Shown here in pieces: positions 46,381 to 61,300 of a DNA stretch of 64,000 nt. The notes under the pieces were generated by a model. That model was not told where the DNA came from, searched no databases, and saw only the letters and a program-made list of their open reading frames with translations. The number at the start of each line of letters is the position of its first letter. Positions within the stretch are counted from its first letter, which is position 1. The position numbers and the translations under genes are program-made. Origin of the DNA: Oopsacas minuta (taxonomy: Eukaryota; Animalia; Porifera); NCBI GenBank assembly GCA_024704765.1, contig JAKMXF010000345.1, forward strand, positions 62,001 to 126,000, given 5' to 3'.

Positions 46381-49300
46381 ATGTCCGTCAATACTCCCTC
46401 ATCTCCGTCCCAGGAGAACATTGATTCAGAAACAACTAGTTCTACACACACTAGCTCTTCTCCAAACACCACAGACGAGGTTATTACCACAACGGGTAAG
46501 TTTAGTTAGAAATACATACAGTGGAAACTCGTTAATATGAACATCAATATTCGCGATGAATCATATTTTCACACCTTTCTGCGTATATTATTATTTAATC
46601 GAACTTTTAGCCGGCACTGTCTACCGAATATTTTTGGCCAAGTTTAGTTCCTACGGTCATTTACCAGATCATGACTAAACATGACAAAACTTGAACCAAT
46701 ACGTCCACTTAATTGTGGTCATTATGGTAAATGTACCTATTGCTCAGCGGCTCCCGACCTCATGGACCCCTTAGTGGGCCACGGAAGACAGCAGGGGGTA
46801 CATGTCCTGTACAGGATCTCAAATTTTGTATTGCTCGGTGGTCCATGGTTAAAATTGTATAAGGGTTTGAGTAACAATCTATTATTCCCGATACATACAG
46901 GTGTAACAACTCTATCATCAATTGACTCTACTACAAGTACAGATGGACTACCAGATTATTCCCAGTCAGTACCAGCTGATATAAGTTTCCCTGAAGGTAT
47001 GAGTTCTGAAGGAGGCCACTCTTCTATTGATGAAGGATTCTCACAGGATCAAACTCAGGATCATGATGATATTGAGAGTACGGATGCTAGGTGAGTTTCT
47101 GCGGAATTTTGATAGGTTTTTCTTTAGTATATACCGTACAGTGTAACCTCCATAAACCGTGCGCCAGTGACACCGAAAAATATTACCTCGTTTCTGCCAA
47201 ATTCCACGTTTGTAGAGATTCATTTGTATGGGACAAGGAATTCTCTCTATTTTTTCACTCCGTTTCCAGAAGTTCCCCGTTTCTGGGGGTACCAGAAACA
47301 GGACCATGCAAATAGTATTAGATAGCTCTGGTTCATTGAGTCAAAATGACCAAGTCCATGAGTGACCTTATCTGTATATAATGATTGGCGGAAAGTTGGT
47401 CACGGAAACATCCAAGCAGTTAATATAGCGACTAATCCATGGTTAATTCCCACTCCAGAACAACCATTTTCCTTCAACAGTTTATAATGTACACTCAATT
47501 CCCGTTATATCGAACACAGAACATCGAAATACCCGCTTTTATCGAAGTCTATGGTATCAAACCGTAAAAGTAACATATTTCATCAAATATATGGAAGTAA
47601 TTATCGAGGTCCCTTGAGCTTCGATATAACAGAAATTGACTATATCTCTCTTTCCAATAGGTTCCAAGAACTAGAAATAACTGTAACACGCTCCACCCCT
47701 GAGAGAGAACAAGATGCTGAAAATATGAATATAGAACGAGCATTACCATCAGATTCGAACTCAGAATCTAATTCAAATGCAGACAGTAGTAGTGATAATA
47801 ATAGAGTAGTTACTAATAGAGGTAGTACTGTTACTACACATACTCAAGTGAGTTTTAATGTAATCACTATTTGGAAAATATTTTCACTATTTTTATGATT
47901 TTTGCATAATTGTGCACTGAATACGCTCGTTTATTTGAACACGGGTAATAACACTTTTCAGAGGGCATTTGGGTTGATCCGCAGGGCCTTTTTTGGGAGA
48001 TATTACGTCGCTTTATTGTTCCTATCAAATTCATTTCGAACTATCTTTATTTGGTTGTAAGTACTAGGGATAATGTGTACATATTTCTACGTTGCCATAG
48101 TTTCCTTTTTAAAAGAATATACTGTGAAAATAATTTTAACACTAAACTGTGAAAATATGATTGGTAATGAATGATGTATTTGATTTGAGATGTACATATT
48201 TTCCTGATTTCCATGGCAACCGGGGGTTATAGTTTTCCTAAAAACGCGTACAGTGGTTCCCAACCGGGTGTACATTTACGGACGACACCAGGAGGCCCAC
48301 CGAATGTGTTAAAAATGGTATAGGGGGTAGAACCAATTTTAACACATCCTACGTAACTTATTTAGATTTCCCTCTCACAGCAACAACCACATACTCAAGT
48401 GCGTATAACTCAAATGCAAGAACTAGTAGAAGAATGGGAAGTATTATGTGATATACAACTATCTAAAGAGATTCTCGATCTCACCGATTACGATCCGAAG
48501 ACCGCCTCAATGGAGACTCCACCTCCATTTCCTGATGACACACTGAAACGTCTGGACGATCTGGTTAATAAACCGCACTGGGTTATACCGGTGCTACCTG
48601 ATTCTGAGTTAGAACATTTACTGAAGGGGTGTATCATGCTAGCAGAATTAGGTGTTGATACGTATTGTGATGCTTCTAAAAGGTTCTATAAGGAAGGATT
48701 GACTATATCCTTTCAAAAGGTTCGTTTTTTATGAAATTTCGTGGGGAATATTTTGTATTAGCTCTATGGATTGATTTTTTTTTCGCGAGTATGTTTCTCT
48801 TAAGTCACAAAAGAACGTGGAAGATACGCGGAATTGTTTTCGCTATGTTGTAGACCTGAATAATACTGTTTTTTTCTAATAGAGTAAACTCCCGTTAGAA
48901 CAGAGTGATTATTTACCCTCCTAGACTCCTAGAACTTGAAAGTAATTGATTCTACTCCGTTTACAACAAATTGATATCTGGATCCCGATCACTTCTTTAT
49001 TACGAGAGTTTCATGCATTTGTTTTCAGTAAGAACAATGGCATTTGTCCTGGTTAGAAAATCCTGGGACCGCCTTGCGGTAAAATACTTGGTTCTTCGTT
49101 CAGTTCGCGAAATTTCGCAATTTCGCGCGGATGAACATACGTACTCCATGCCAATTTGACAACACCAATTTTTGCTGCATTACAAACAGACTAACAACTT
49201 GGAGAACAGTTCTCATAAATTTCCAATTTGTATTGGAAATAATTCCCCTGATAGCAAGTTCACGTATTAGCAAAGGAAATCCGTCCGAATACAATTTGCT

Positions 49301-52300
49301 ATTAAGTGAACTCCACTGTCCGTAACAAATATTATTTATATATTCTCTAGGTTCTAACAGATGATGCAGTATACGGTTGGAAGCATCACATACAACTAGC
49401 TATAAACGATTGTCTTCTACTGCTAGTTAGATTATGTGCTGTTAAAATGCTAGATGATGATATAGCAATATTGGATCTACTGAGCGTAGGGCTATTCCCT
49501 TCTTCACGTTTTCATATGTATAATGCGGCTAAATTGCCGCGAACTGTACGCGTGACACATCATTTTCATCATCATATTACGCATGAGAAGCAGTTTGATT
49601 CTGTACCTGAATCTGATCCATTTTCTGATACTTTATTTGCTTATTGTCCCGAAGGTAACACTTTTACCACATACAGCCAATGCCGGTTATAAGAACATCA
49701 TCTCGAACTGGACATACTGTTCTTATAACCGGCATGAAATGTTCTTTTATCTGGTAAAAATTCAATGGAGTAAGATACTAAAGATTCGGTAAATCGAGTT
49801 ATGGTTCTTATTCTTATTACCGGTGTTCTTATATCCGGCATCTACTGTATTGAGTTAGTAAGTCCGGATATAACGGGAGTTCACTTTGATTATTGGGACT
49901 ATATTTGTACAATTTCAGGCTTCGATATATGCGGGTACAGTAAAACCTTCAAGAAGTGAACAACCTGGGTGCCAGCCAAAATGCTCACATATGAGAGGTG
50001 TTCATTTTTCATGACATTGTGTGTAGCAATGGAAACACATTTTTGGACCGAGACAAGGTATTCATCTATTGGAGGTGTCACTTTTGGAGGTTTTACTGTA
50101 TTTCGATATATTCGTGTTGGATATAAGGGGAGTTAACCTTATTTTAACAATCTCATCCTCTATCTCTAGGTAGTCCTACTCGAGGTTGGCTCGTAGATCT
50201 TATAAACGTATTTGGCCGTTTGGGTGGATTTGATAAACTCAGGAAGAGAGTATGTAACCCTACAGAAGGGCAGGAAATGAATCTTATCCTACTATGCCTG
50301 CTGGTTAAGCCATGGGGTCATTGTGCTGAATATCTTACACAGACTTCTCTCAATAGAGATATGCTGCCTGTAGTACAAAAGGTAATTATGTTTGCGATTA
50401 ATTGCCGGGGCGTAACCTCCACAAACGGTGTGTCAAGAACGCCGAGAAATGCTACCCCCGCTTGCGGAGGTTCATTACTATGGGACTAGGAATTCGCCTA
50501 TTTATTTTCACTCCGTTTTCAGAAGTTTATGGAAGTTTCGCTGTAATACGTATTTACAAGGGAGTTATACTGTGTATATGTTTAGGCAACGGAGTATCTT
50601 GAAAATCTAACTGACGAAGACTTGAAAAAAGAAACTGGAAAAGCTGAATCAAGCAGAACAGATGCATTCAGCCTAACTCTAATACATCTCAAAGCAATCC
50701 TCAAACGTCTACGTGAACCTAACCAAGAGCTAATAGAACGTATCGACCAACTCCGTCTCGAAATGATTTTAAGGCTCTTACGCTTAAGTTCTTTCTCAGG
50801 GAAAATGAACGCTTTAAACGAGTTGAATAAGATAATATCGAATGTGGCATCTGGTGGAGTTTATTATCAAGGCCAACGTACTGTATTAGAAGACGATTGG
50901 TTGAATGCTCAGAGATTGGTGAATTGGTTGAAAGATCATGAAATACTTAAGATTGTACTAAAGGATAATCTACATCAAGCACAGTATGTAGATAAACTGG
51001 TTAGGTTGTTGAGGTATGTTTGTTGTTTATTTATTTATTACAGCTGGGGGTAGGACAGTGGGGGTCTACGAGGGTCTATGGGTGAGGAACCAAAATTTGG
51101 AATAGCTGGTTTATCAGATTTAAGAAAATGCAGACGAAAGGTTGTATTTTGCTTATTAATTGGACTTACCAGAATTTTGATAATTCGCTTATCAGCTGTT
51201 TTTATCACGCATAACTTTCTTTCTCAAATCTCAACATATTCCCGAAAATGCACTATGTGTAGCCGAAATGTCGAAATTATCATGTTTTCATTGAGCTAGA
51301 CTAATTTTATGATATATTCCGCGAAATAATTAAAAATCTCTTTAATCTTTTCCTCTGAGAGGGGTGCCTTGGATGCCATTCGGCTAGGGCCACATGATCC
51401 AAAGGGCTTCAAAAAATGCATATTCCATCGGAATGATCGAGTAATTATCACCATATTTGGTAATATGTACTCATCTTTGATTTTGGGAGTTAACTAAATT
51501 GCAAATCGCCCTTGCCTCCGTTTAATACAATGGTCCCCAACCTTTTTCACCTCTAAACTCCCTCCCATAGACTACAATACAATTTTGAGATCCTGTCGAC
51601 CCCAGTTTAGCAACTGGTTGCTTAATACAACCTCCAATTACACATTAATCGTATTTCTATAGTTTTCCTAAAAATGTTCTATTTTTAGATTTATCATCAA
51701 AGAGAAAGCTCTAACTATCGATGACTTGAATGACGTATGGCGAGCACAAGCAGGCAAACACGACATAATTGTTAAGAACATATACGACCTCTTGGCTAAA
51801 GTTGCTTGGGATTTCAGTCCGGAACAATTAGACCATCTTTTCCAATGTTTTCAATCTAGTTGGAACGGAGCGAGCAAGAGTATGCAAGAGAAATTGATTG
51901 AGTTCATACGACGTTTAGCTGAGGACGATAAGGAAGGAGTTATGGCTCAGAAAGTTTTGGGGTTGTTGTGGAACCTTGCGCATTCGCCAGAATGTCCTAC
52001 CGATATTCTAGAACAGAGTTTGTATGCGTTGACTAAGATTCTAGAATATTCTTGTTCTCTGGATAGAGAGACACAGAAAGCTCTGTACATTAAAAAGTGA
52101 GTTTCTTTTTCTAATAGATAAATAACCATGGTTACGCTGACGTATCATTTGGAATTTGCACGTTTGTGTCCCGGGATTTTCAATATTTCCAAGGTTTCTC
52201 GTTTTGCCCTCATTATACCCGAGAATGTTTTCCCTGGGTTTTCACTGTACTCTAATCATATTCTATTACTACCCCATACTTCCAGATGTATAGAAGAGAT

Positions 52301-55300
52301 TCAAAGCAATAACTGGGTGCTACCGGCTATAAAACTAGCTAAAGATCTGTGTTGTCTATTTAGTGAGGCTTCTAGCAACTTTGCTCATCATCAGGTTGTT
52401 AGTTTTAGAGGTGAGATGCTACGCCACCTTGACAACAACTATCAGGTATAGTTATTCGTGTTTATTTATACAGACAATAGTCTTCGTATCATAATTTCCT
52501 TGATAATACGCGAATATACTATCTCTACGATGGTTATTCAGTTCGTATTACTCCTGGCGTTAATTGGTGTTCATATCAACGAGGTCCCCCGAATTTTCCA
52601 TTTTTATCTTCTGTATTCAGGTATTGAATCTCCTCGCTGATAACCTATCATTCTACATGGACTACTCACGTACAGTTCGTGAGAACCTAGAGAAAGAATT
52701 CGAGAAAGATCCAGACAAAGTACAATCACATAGAGCAGCCACATTCCCTGATGAGCTAATAATCGATGGACACTACTCGCATTCACAACAAATAAAAGAT
52801 AGACTCAGCTGTATACGATTTATCCTTAAAGATGGACAGCTATGGCTCGGCTTACAACAAGCTATACAGATATGGGTTGCGTTAACCGAGAAAACTGTTT
52901 ACCTTGAAGATATGGAGCAGTGTTTTGCTTGGTTTTCAAGGCTGGTGGGAGATGATCCTGATTTGGAAGCCGCTTCGAGTCGAACACTTTTCACACAATA
53001 TATACTGGATATTAAACCTCAAGCTTTAAGTGAACTGGGTAAGTTGTAACATCCCTAACTGTGGTGCTAGATACGCCAAAAATACTACCCCATTTCGCCT
53101 TTTCCCATTTCACAGCTCCTATATGGAGATTCCCTAATGGCATGGACAATGTACTACTTACTTACGTCTGTACTTCCTTCTGCGCGTTCGTGCGAAATCT
53201 ATCAGTCCGATTTATATGAAAATTGGTAAAGATATAATGATATACATTTTTTGGAGTGAATTTCTAGACCTTTTTGTGATTAATCATGCTAGAAATTAGA
53301 TTTCAATAAGTCAGATGTAATTTGATGCATACTTACCAACTCCTTTTACAAATTTACCGGTTTCTTCATTGCGGAATCCATGATTTTCAATATTTTCACT
53401 GGTTTTCACGTCTCGAAAATTTTCAGAAATATTGCACAAAATGACAAAATTTCCAGGGATTTCTAAAATTCATCAGGATATGGAGTGAATCCCAACAGGG
53501 TTGGCAAATATGCGTGCATATACAATGGGTCCTCTCTAATTGTCCGCTTCAGGCGCCATTGCATACTGGTGGACCATTGGAGACGGCCTACTGCAATTGC
53601 TTACACTTGATTACACTTTTACCACAATCGCGAATAATCGTTCTCCAACACTTTCAAGGTATGAAATGCTTCGAAAAATTCTTCAAATACGTCAACTACA
53701 ATGAAGACAAACAATCAATGCGACGTAGAGGCTGGTACCAAACGAATTCACTCGAGTTAGTTGGGCTTGAATATCTTTGGAAACTTATCATGGTAGCAGA
53801 TGATAGTATTGCTCAACAGGGTATTGAGTTATTGAAGGAAATATTCACGAATTTTCATACTGATAATACACAAGGTGATTCTTCACCTCATCTACAGTTG
53901 ATATTAAGTTGTATGACTCAATTGCAGGAGGGATTTGATAAGCTACAAGAGGATAAACAGGATAGCAATACTAATATCACTGATAAGAAAAATGTACAGG
54001 TTTTTATTTGTTTATTTTTACATTCAACTCTCGCTATATCTAATACGGATATATAGAAATCTGGAATTGTACAAATATGGTTCCAAACCGTCAAAGTAAC
54101 ATATATCTCATCGGCTATATCGAATTAATTATCACGGGCCCCTTGAGATTCGATATAACTGGAGTTGCCTGTAAATTTTATATGATTTGTCCCTCAAAGC
54201 TTATTACAATACGTGTATACGTATAGATCAATCTCGAAATAGGAGATTTTGACGTTGTTAGACTTGTATATATCTCATTAATATCCAGTATTACATAAAT
54301 TGGTCAAATATTCGGAGATTTCTTTTTCACAATTCGAGAACTACTGTTTTCTCTATTACAGATATCAGCACAATAGAAGTTACTTCATCAAAATTGTAGA
54401 TTGAATGTATAATATGTATTATACAATACGCATTATGACGTATAAACATCTTAGTTATTATATTTCCTGGTCTTATTACATTCTTCCTATTAATTCACGA
54501 ATTATTCCCAGTTTCAGAAAACAGAATGCCACACATATTCAACTTAAAATAATGTGGAAGTACAGTCAACTCCTGTTATATCGAAGCTCAAGGAACCCGT
54601 GATAATTACTTTGCTATAACCTAAGAAATATATGTTACTTTGACAGTTTGAGATCTTATTTGTACAATTTAATACTTCCATAAATCCGAAGTTGTCTGTA
54701 TTATATATTTATCTATACTACAATCCTTCTAGGATGCTGAACAAGTAACACGTTGTTTAACACTACTACGCGGTTTCTTCGATATAATGGATGAAGGCTT
54801 TGAGAAGGAACGTGTCCACTTCCCACCTCATGGACGTTCTGCTCGTGGCAGACCTTTGACCTTCATAATAAAACCAACACTAGCACATAACCGTAACGTC
54901 GACGAATTTGAAGTATATTCTCATTCAAATGATACAGTAGGGAGTGTGCGTAGACAGATACAAGCTAGAATGACACAGATACATTCTCATCAACAGAGTA
55001 TTTCTGTGGATATTGGAGTTAATGGGGAACTGTTGCCGAATGAAGAAGACTTTAGAATGGTGGTTGCTGTGCCTTTGAAAGAGAAGTCTGTTATTAATGT
55101 TAAGGTGAGGCTAATGGAGTAATGGATAAACAAGAAACAAACAAACAAGCAATCAATCTCACCAACAAACAGACTGCTAAACAAACGAACAGACAAACAA
55201 ACAAACAAACAGAGCAGTAGGGGGTCTCCATTACCATATATGGGCAGTGATGGTCTGAGGATCTGGCAGAATGGGGCAGGGCAGGGGTCAATTGCCCCCT

Positions 55301-58300
55301 CTCCTGGACCGCCACTATCCATTAGATTCACAAAAACAGCAACAAATGCAAATAACGTATCAACCTCTTGTATAATTATCAAACCAGCTATATACGTATA
55401 TTTAATGATACTCATTTTAGGTATCAGGATTTCAATCTGGTAACAGTACACCTGAGACTTCAAGTGATGATGAAGGTATTGGACAATCAGGCATGACTCA
55501 TTCACATAAATCTACAAAAGAACAGAATTTACCTTCAGTGCTATTTGTACAGAATAAGCAGAGATATTGTACTAATATTCTATTCAGTTTGTGTGATTTT
55601 GCTGTACAGTATGGATATTCTAATATCAGAGATGGAGTTAGACTTTTGTTGAAATTGTTACCAACTGATCCTGAGCTTCAGGGCAAAGTTAAAAAGTATG
55701 TTAAGATTCTTTCTAAATCCGTTTTTTACAAGCAATTTTTCAAAAGTTTTATGGAAAACATTTGATGCAAAATTTCCAGATTATTTAATTGAAATTATGG
55801 ACCATCTATATTATGGTTTTTGAAACGCTCATGAGCTATAGCCACACTCTATATGAAAATATTGTTCAATTTTGTACGTACTTTTTTCCTAGATTTTTCC
55901 AACAAATATCTCAAGAACGTGTATTCCAATATGAACAGCTTCTAGGATTGTTCTTATCAAATGAACCTTGCAAAGTTCTATACATGCTGGAGATAATACA
56001 TGCTCTGTTGTTACCAGCTAATGAGAATACTGGTAATCATCTACAGGATTTCCCGAAGCACTTTGTTAATAGTTATGGTATCAGGTAATTACTTATACAG
56101 CGAAACCTCCACTAACGGGGTCTGTAGTGTGCAGAACCCGATGTGAATATAGATACAGTTTTCGCCTATTAAAATTCGCATAATGATCCACAGTCGACCG
56201 GCAGTTAGAGATTTGGAATATGGTTCGGTCTACAGTGCCGCCATTAGCACGTGGTATTTGCACGAAATTCCCTTGCTAATACACGAACATACTTATACAT
56301 ATGTATAGGAATTATTCCCAATACTAAATGACTCTGAAAATACTTGGTAAAATTTTGACCGGTTTCATAGGTTAAACTCATTTATGTGCACGTCGGGATA
56401 ACACATTACACTCAAATATCTGCGAAAACCTCGACGCATATTCCTTCTTCAACTTCTATTTCTCTTAGATTAGTCTCAGATCTTTTGATGAACAATCTCT
56501 TCCTCTCCGGATCAGATTATCAAATGAAGAAAGCTGCTTACATAATACTATTGAAGTGTAGTAAGCTATTATTTACTTCTGTGGCAAATGCAAGGTTACT
56601 CAGAATATCTCTAATGCTAAAACAAGAGAAAACACCAACTAATGAGGAATATACTGCAGCAGTACAGTTACAGGTTAGATTTTGAAGCTATTTAATACTC
56701 TTTCAGAAGTGTTTTAGAAAATATGGAAATATTAGGGACAGAGGTGTAGCTAGGGTGCGCTAATCCGGAACATGCCTCAGTTTTTCTCAAAAAATACACA
56801 TGGCTCATATTTTACATACATGAACATTTTACTATTAAATTCAGATAGACCCGTTAACAAATTTTGAGTTTATAGAAAATGTCCTATTTCTCATTATTTC
56901 GAAACTGAATGGACCGCGATAATTACGCATAGTTCGATATAACTGATGTATTATATGTTGCTTGGAGGTTTTAAGACCATATTTGTACAATTTAAGACTT
57001 CGATATATCAGTGTTCGTTATAACGGGAGATGACTGAAATTCAATGTTTCTGCTATTTATAGGATGCGCTCAAATCAATTCCAAACCCAAACACTGAGAC
57101 GATTATTCGTAACTTCTCCAAACCGCTGAGTCAACAACTAGGTGTTGTACCTGAACCTGAAATCAACTGGAATCAACTTGTACATGCTCTAATACGTTTA
57201 TCATGGGGAGTTAGTCTGGGAGTGTTTCCCTATTTGAAAGATGTTTCTAAGATTGAAGTTGGAAAGTTACCAAAGGACCAGCCGTCTTATACGAAATTAT
57301 TGGAAGGAGAAGAAGTATGTTGAAAGTTAGAGATTATAATATTTGGGGAACTGTACTCTGATGGAATGGTCCATCTATATGCTTATTACTTATTTAACCA
57401 TGGACGGCAGGATAGTTTGCCTGCTTGGATGTTGTTCTGGGCCATTTTGAGGCTTGGTTAGAGGGCGAATTTCTATACAAGATAAAATATATGAAATTCA
57501 CCATCCACGGTTAAATCGCTAATAAACAGGGGACCATTTTATGCTTCAAATTTCCCTCAATTGGACAGATTTGTCCTAAGATATCGCTCCCGTAATGGGC
57601 TACAGGTTGGTGTTTTGGGACAAGATCCAAAAAATATATCTATAGCATACTCACGAACACTTTGTAATCATTTCCTTGGGGAGAATCTACTATTCTCGAA
57701 AATACGGGAATTACTGTATTGGGCATTGTTTTGTCATAAATTGTGTACAGTAAAACCTTCACAAACTGGCCATGTGGAAAGGGTGATAGAACGAATTCCT
57801 AATCCTGGGTCATGTCTAAAACAGGGTAGCATTTTCGGCGTCCCTAGCTGTTACTATGTATATATTTCCTATTAGATTTCTCTTGCAAAAGAAGCGATAG
57901 AGTGTCTCTGTATTGTCCTCACTCTTATACCAGATTATTTACCAGAACTAACACAAACACATAGAGAATTCAGAAGCTATGTACTTGATATTCTCTTAAG
58001 ATGTAGAATGAAAACTGTAAGGAATGTGGCATTTGATCAATTCAATATTTTGATTATGAAATCTTCACATGAAAATATCCCTACATTGTTTGTTGAGTTA
58101 TTAGTATCAGCTTTGGATACAATCGCGAAAGAGCATGCTCATATTTCTGCGGAATATTTCAAGTTATTGTGCAGGCAAGTTTGATTTTATTTATTTATAT
58201 CAATGGGAAAAGTGTAATGAGAAATTTTTTACTATGCTTTTTGTTCAACTATTGAAGTTCAAGGAACCGAGAATTCCTTCGATATAACTTCGGTAATTTA

Positions 58301-61300
58301 CGTTACATTTTGGGACCATACGTATTCGTATTTGTACAATTCAGACTTCAATATAAGAGGAGTTGACTGTACTATGCTGTTGGCACAGATTGTAATTTCA
58401 GTTTTTTACCTGCGATGTTGCAAAGAAATTCACTATTTTCTATCTTGTAGATTATTATCTTATGCTTACAATACCAACAAAGCTATACCAAATATAGATG
58501 ATCTTCTGGATAAAGAACTAAAATGGCTAAACAAAGTCCGCGAAGGTGCAAACTCCCCAAAGAAAGTCACAATTGAAGGACCCTTATTAGAAGGGCATTT
58601 GAATTTAACCGTAGAATTAATACAATTTCAATCAAATGAGAAGAAAATTTCTCTAGGTGGTAATGGTGACGAGAGTTTGATTGTTGTTCTATTGAAGGAA
58701 TTTATTATGCCAGCAAGTTATATGGTTAGGAAACTACGTGAGGAAGATTTTGAGCTTGATCCTAATGAAGATGTAACGCCAATATGTACAAGCCAGGTTA
58801 GTTTTCTGGATAAACTTTTTTACCATTATTATGCTGTAATGAGTTTTGCATTTGGTCAAAATCATGACGTCATGGCATTCGATACATTGAGGTGTATTTG
58901 ATTACACTTTCGAGAATCAAGCATGTTATTGGCTGAGCAGTGGTTAATTATGTGATATTTCGGATATCAAAAAGGTGATAATTACGTCATAATTTCGTCT
59001 TAGGTGCGAATTTTGGTTCAAAACCCGAACTTGTCTGAGCCAGGTTAAATGCCAGCATGCCAAAATCAGCCTTGGGGGTAATTCAGGTTCTTCAATCAAT
59101 TCCTAACATGCAAAATCGAGTTTTAAATGTATTGATGAACGATCATTAGAGTAGCGGATCCTTGGATCCTTGGTGCTCCACAGACGACAGGAGGGGTACA
59201 TATAATGTGTAAATTGATTGGGGAGTCCAAGACCGGTGAAACGGGTGAGAATTGTAGCGTTGAGAGTTTCATATTCATAGTATTCATTTTTGATGAGAGT
59301 TTAATATTATAGGAACCCCCTCCAAAAGTGAGCACCTTGTCTCAGTCCAAAAATGTTTTCCATTGCTACACACAATGTCATGAAAAGTGAACATCTCTCA
59401 TATGTGAACATATTGGTTGGTCCACAGGGTGTTCACTTCCTGAAGATTTGACTTTAATTACGTGTTACCGGTTAATCGATCTCTCTTAAAATTACTATTC
59501 TGTTATTCTATAGGAAAGCATGATTGCAGCGTTCAAACTGATCCGCTCCTTATGCAATGGTTGTAACGAAAACTTAAAAACCCTCGCTAACGAACTGTTC
59601 TCCCTCTACTACTCAACTAAAGATAATGAACTCACCGTATGGGAATATTTTCCTATGATGGGGCCACGACCCGGAAAAGGTTTTGTTGGCTTGAAAAACG
59701 CCGGCGCGACTTGCTATATGAATTCGGTGATCCAGCAATTGTTCATGGTACCGGCCATTCAGGGACGAATTATATCTTTGCCGAAAGAGAAATTATTCTT
59801 ACCGCAAACCTCTGTCGACGAAACTGAGAACGGTAAAGAGAAAAATGAAGAGGCAGACAAGAAAAATGAGGAACCGAAACAGGATTCACAACCTGAAGTG
59901 CAGAATATCGATTTGGAGAGACGAGCGTATCATGTATCCGTTCTAGCTGAAATGCAAGCTATTTTCGGTCATCTTTCCCTATCAAAATTGCAGTACTATA
60001 CCCCACAGGGATTTTGGAAGGCTTTTAAGCTATGGGGTGAGCCTGTTAATTTGAAGGAGCAACATGATGCTTTGGAGTTCTATAACTCATTGGTTGATTC
60101 TCTGGATGAAGGAATGAAATTCATTTTTGGTAAGATTTCGTAAAACCTTAATTCCTATTCCTTTGCCGTGTTTTTTCGCGTATCATGGATTTAATGTTTC
60201 GCTAGGTGGAAAATTTCGCGTTGCTGACATATCTAGCAACTAAAGAACACATTTTTCAATCCTTCTTTGGGATTTGGGCTTATATAACTGTGAATTTTCG
60301 CGACATAGACTTGATTTTGCCAATTTAATACAGCTGTGTTTTAGCCCACTTCTTGAAATCTTGGCAAATTTCACAAATGCGCACGAGGTTGAAAACATAG
60401 TAGAGTTCGTATGTACCTGCTAAATTTCGCGGAAATGCGTAGCTTATGCGCTTCGGTATGCTCACATCATTATGGCTATATACACTAATAATAAATCATT
60501 GAAATAGCATAACATTTTGTCAAAACTTTCGTTTATTTTTCTAGGCACTAAAGGTGCATCCGCAGAATTAGCTGGCAACTTTGCTAGTCAGAAAATCTGC
60601 AAAGATTGTCCACATCGTTATGTGAAAGAAGAACAGTTCACAGCTCTCAGTGTTGAAGTTAGAAACCAATCTCATTTACAAGAATCTCTTGATTTATTTG
60701 TTAAGGGGGATCTGCTTGAGGGAAATAATGCATTTTTCTGCGAAAAATGTGATAAGAAAGTTGATACGATTATGCGGACATGTATACGTCATCTCCCTAA
60801 AGTACTAGTTATACAATTGAAGCGGTTTGATTATGATTGGGAACGCGAAACTGCGATTAAGTTCAATGATTATTTCGAGTTTCCACGCGAGTTGGATTTA
60901 GGTTTGTTATCTTATTGTTTTTTTGTTTATCAGTTAGTTTGCATGTGCTTCAATAGTAAACAAACGCTAGTCCATATTGTATGTATCGTTTCATAGATAA
61001 TCCAGTGTAACCTCCACAAACGGAGAACGGTTCTGTATTTTCGGCTTCCCTGACGCCCCATATATGGAAGTTACAGTGTATTTGAGTGTTTTTGCAGTAT
61101 TTACTATTTTGTGATTTCTAGGACCTTACACAGAATACCATTTAGCCAAGAAGGAAGAAGAGACTATCCCAGAGACTTCAGATGACGGATCCGCCAAATA
61201 CTCGCTCAGTGGAATTGTAGTCCATTCCGGTCAGGCCTACGGCGGTCACTATTACTCGTTTATTAAATATAAATGCAATAATTCTGGCGAATCTAAATGG

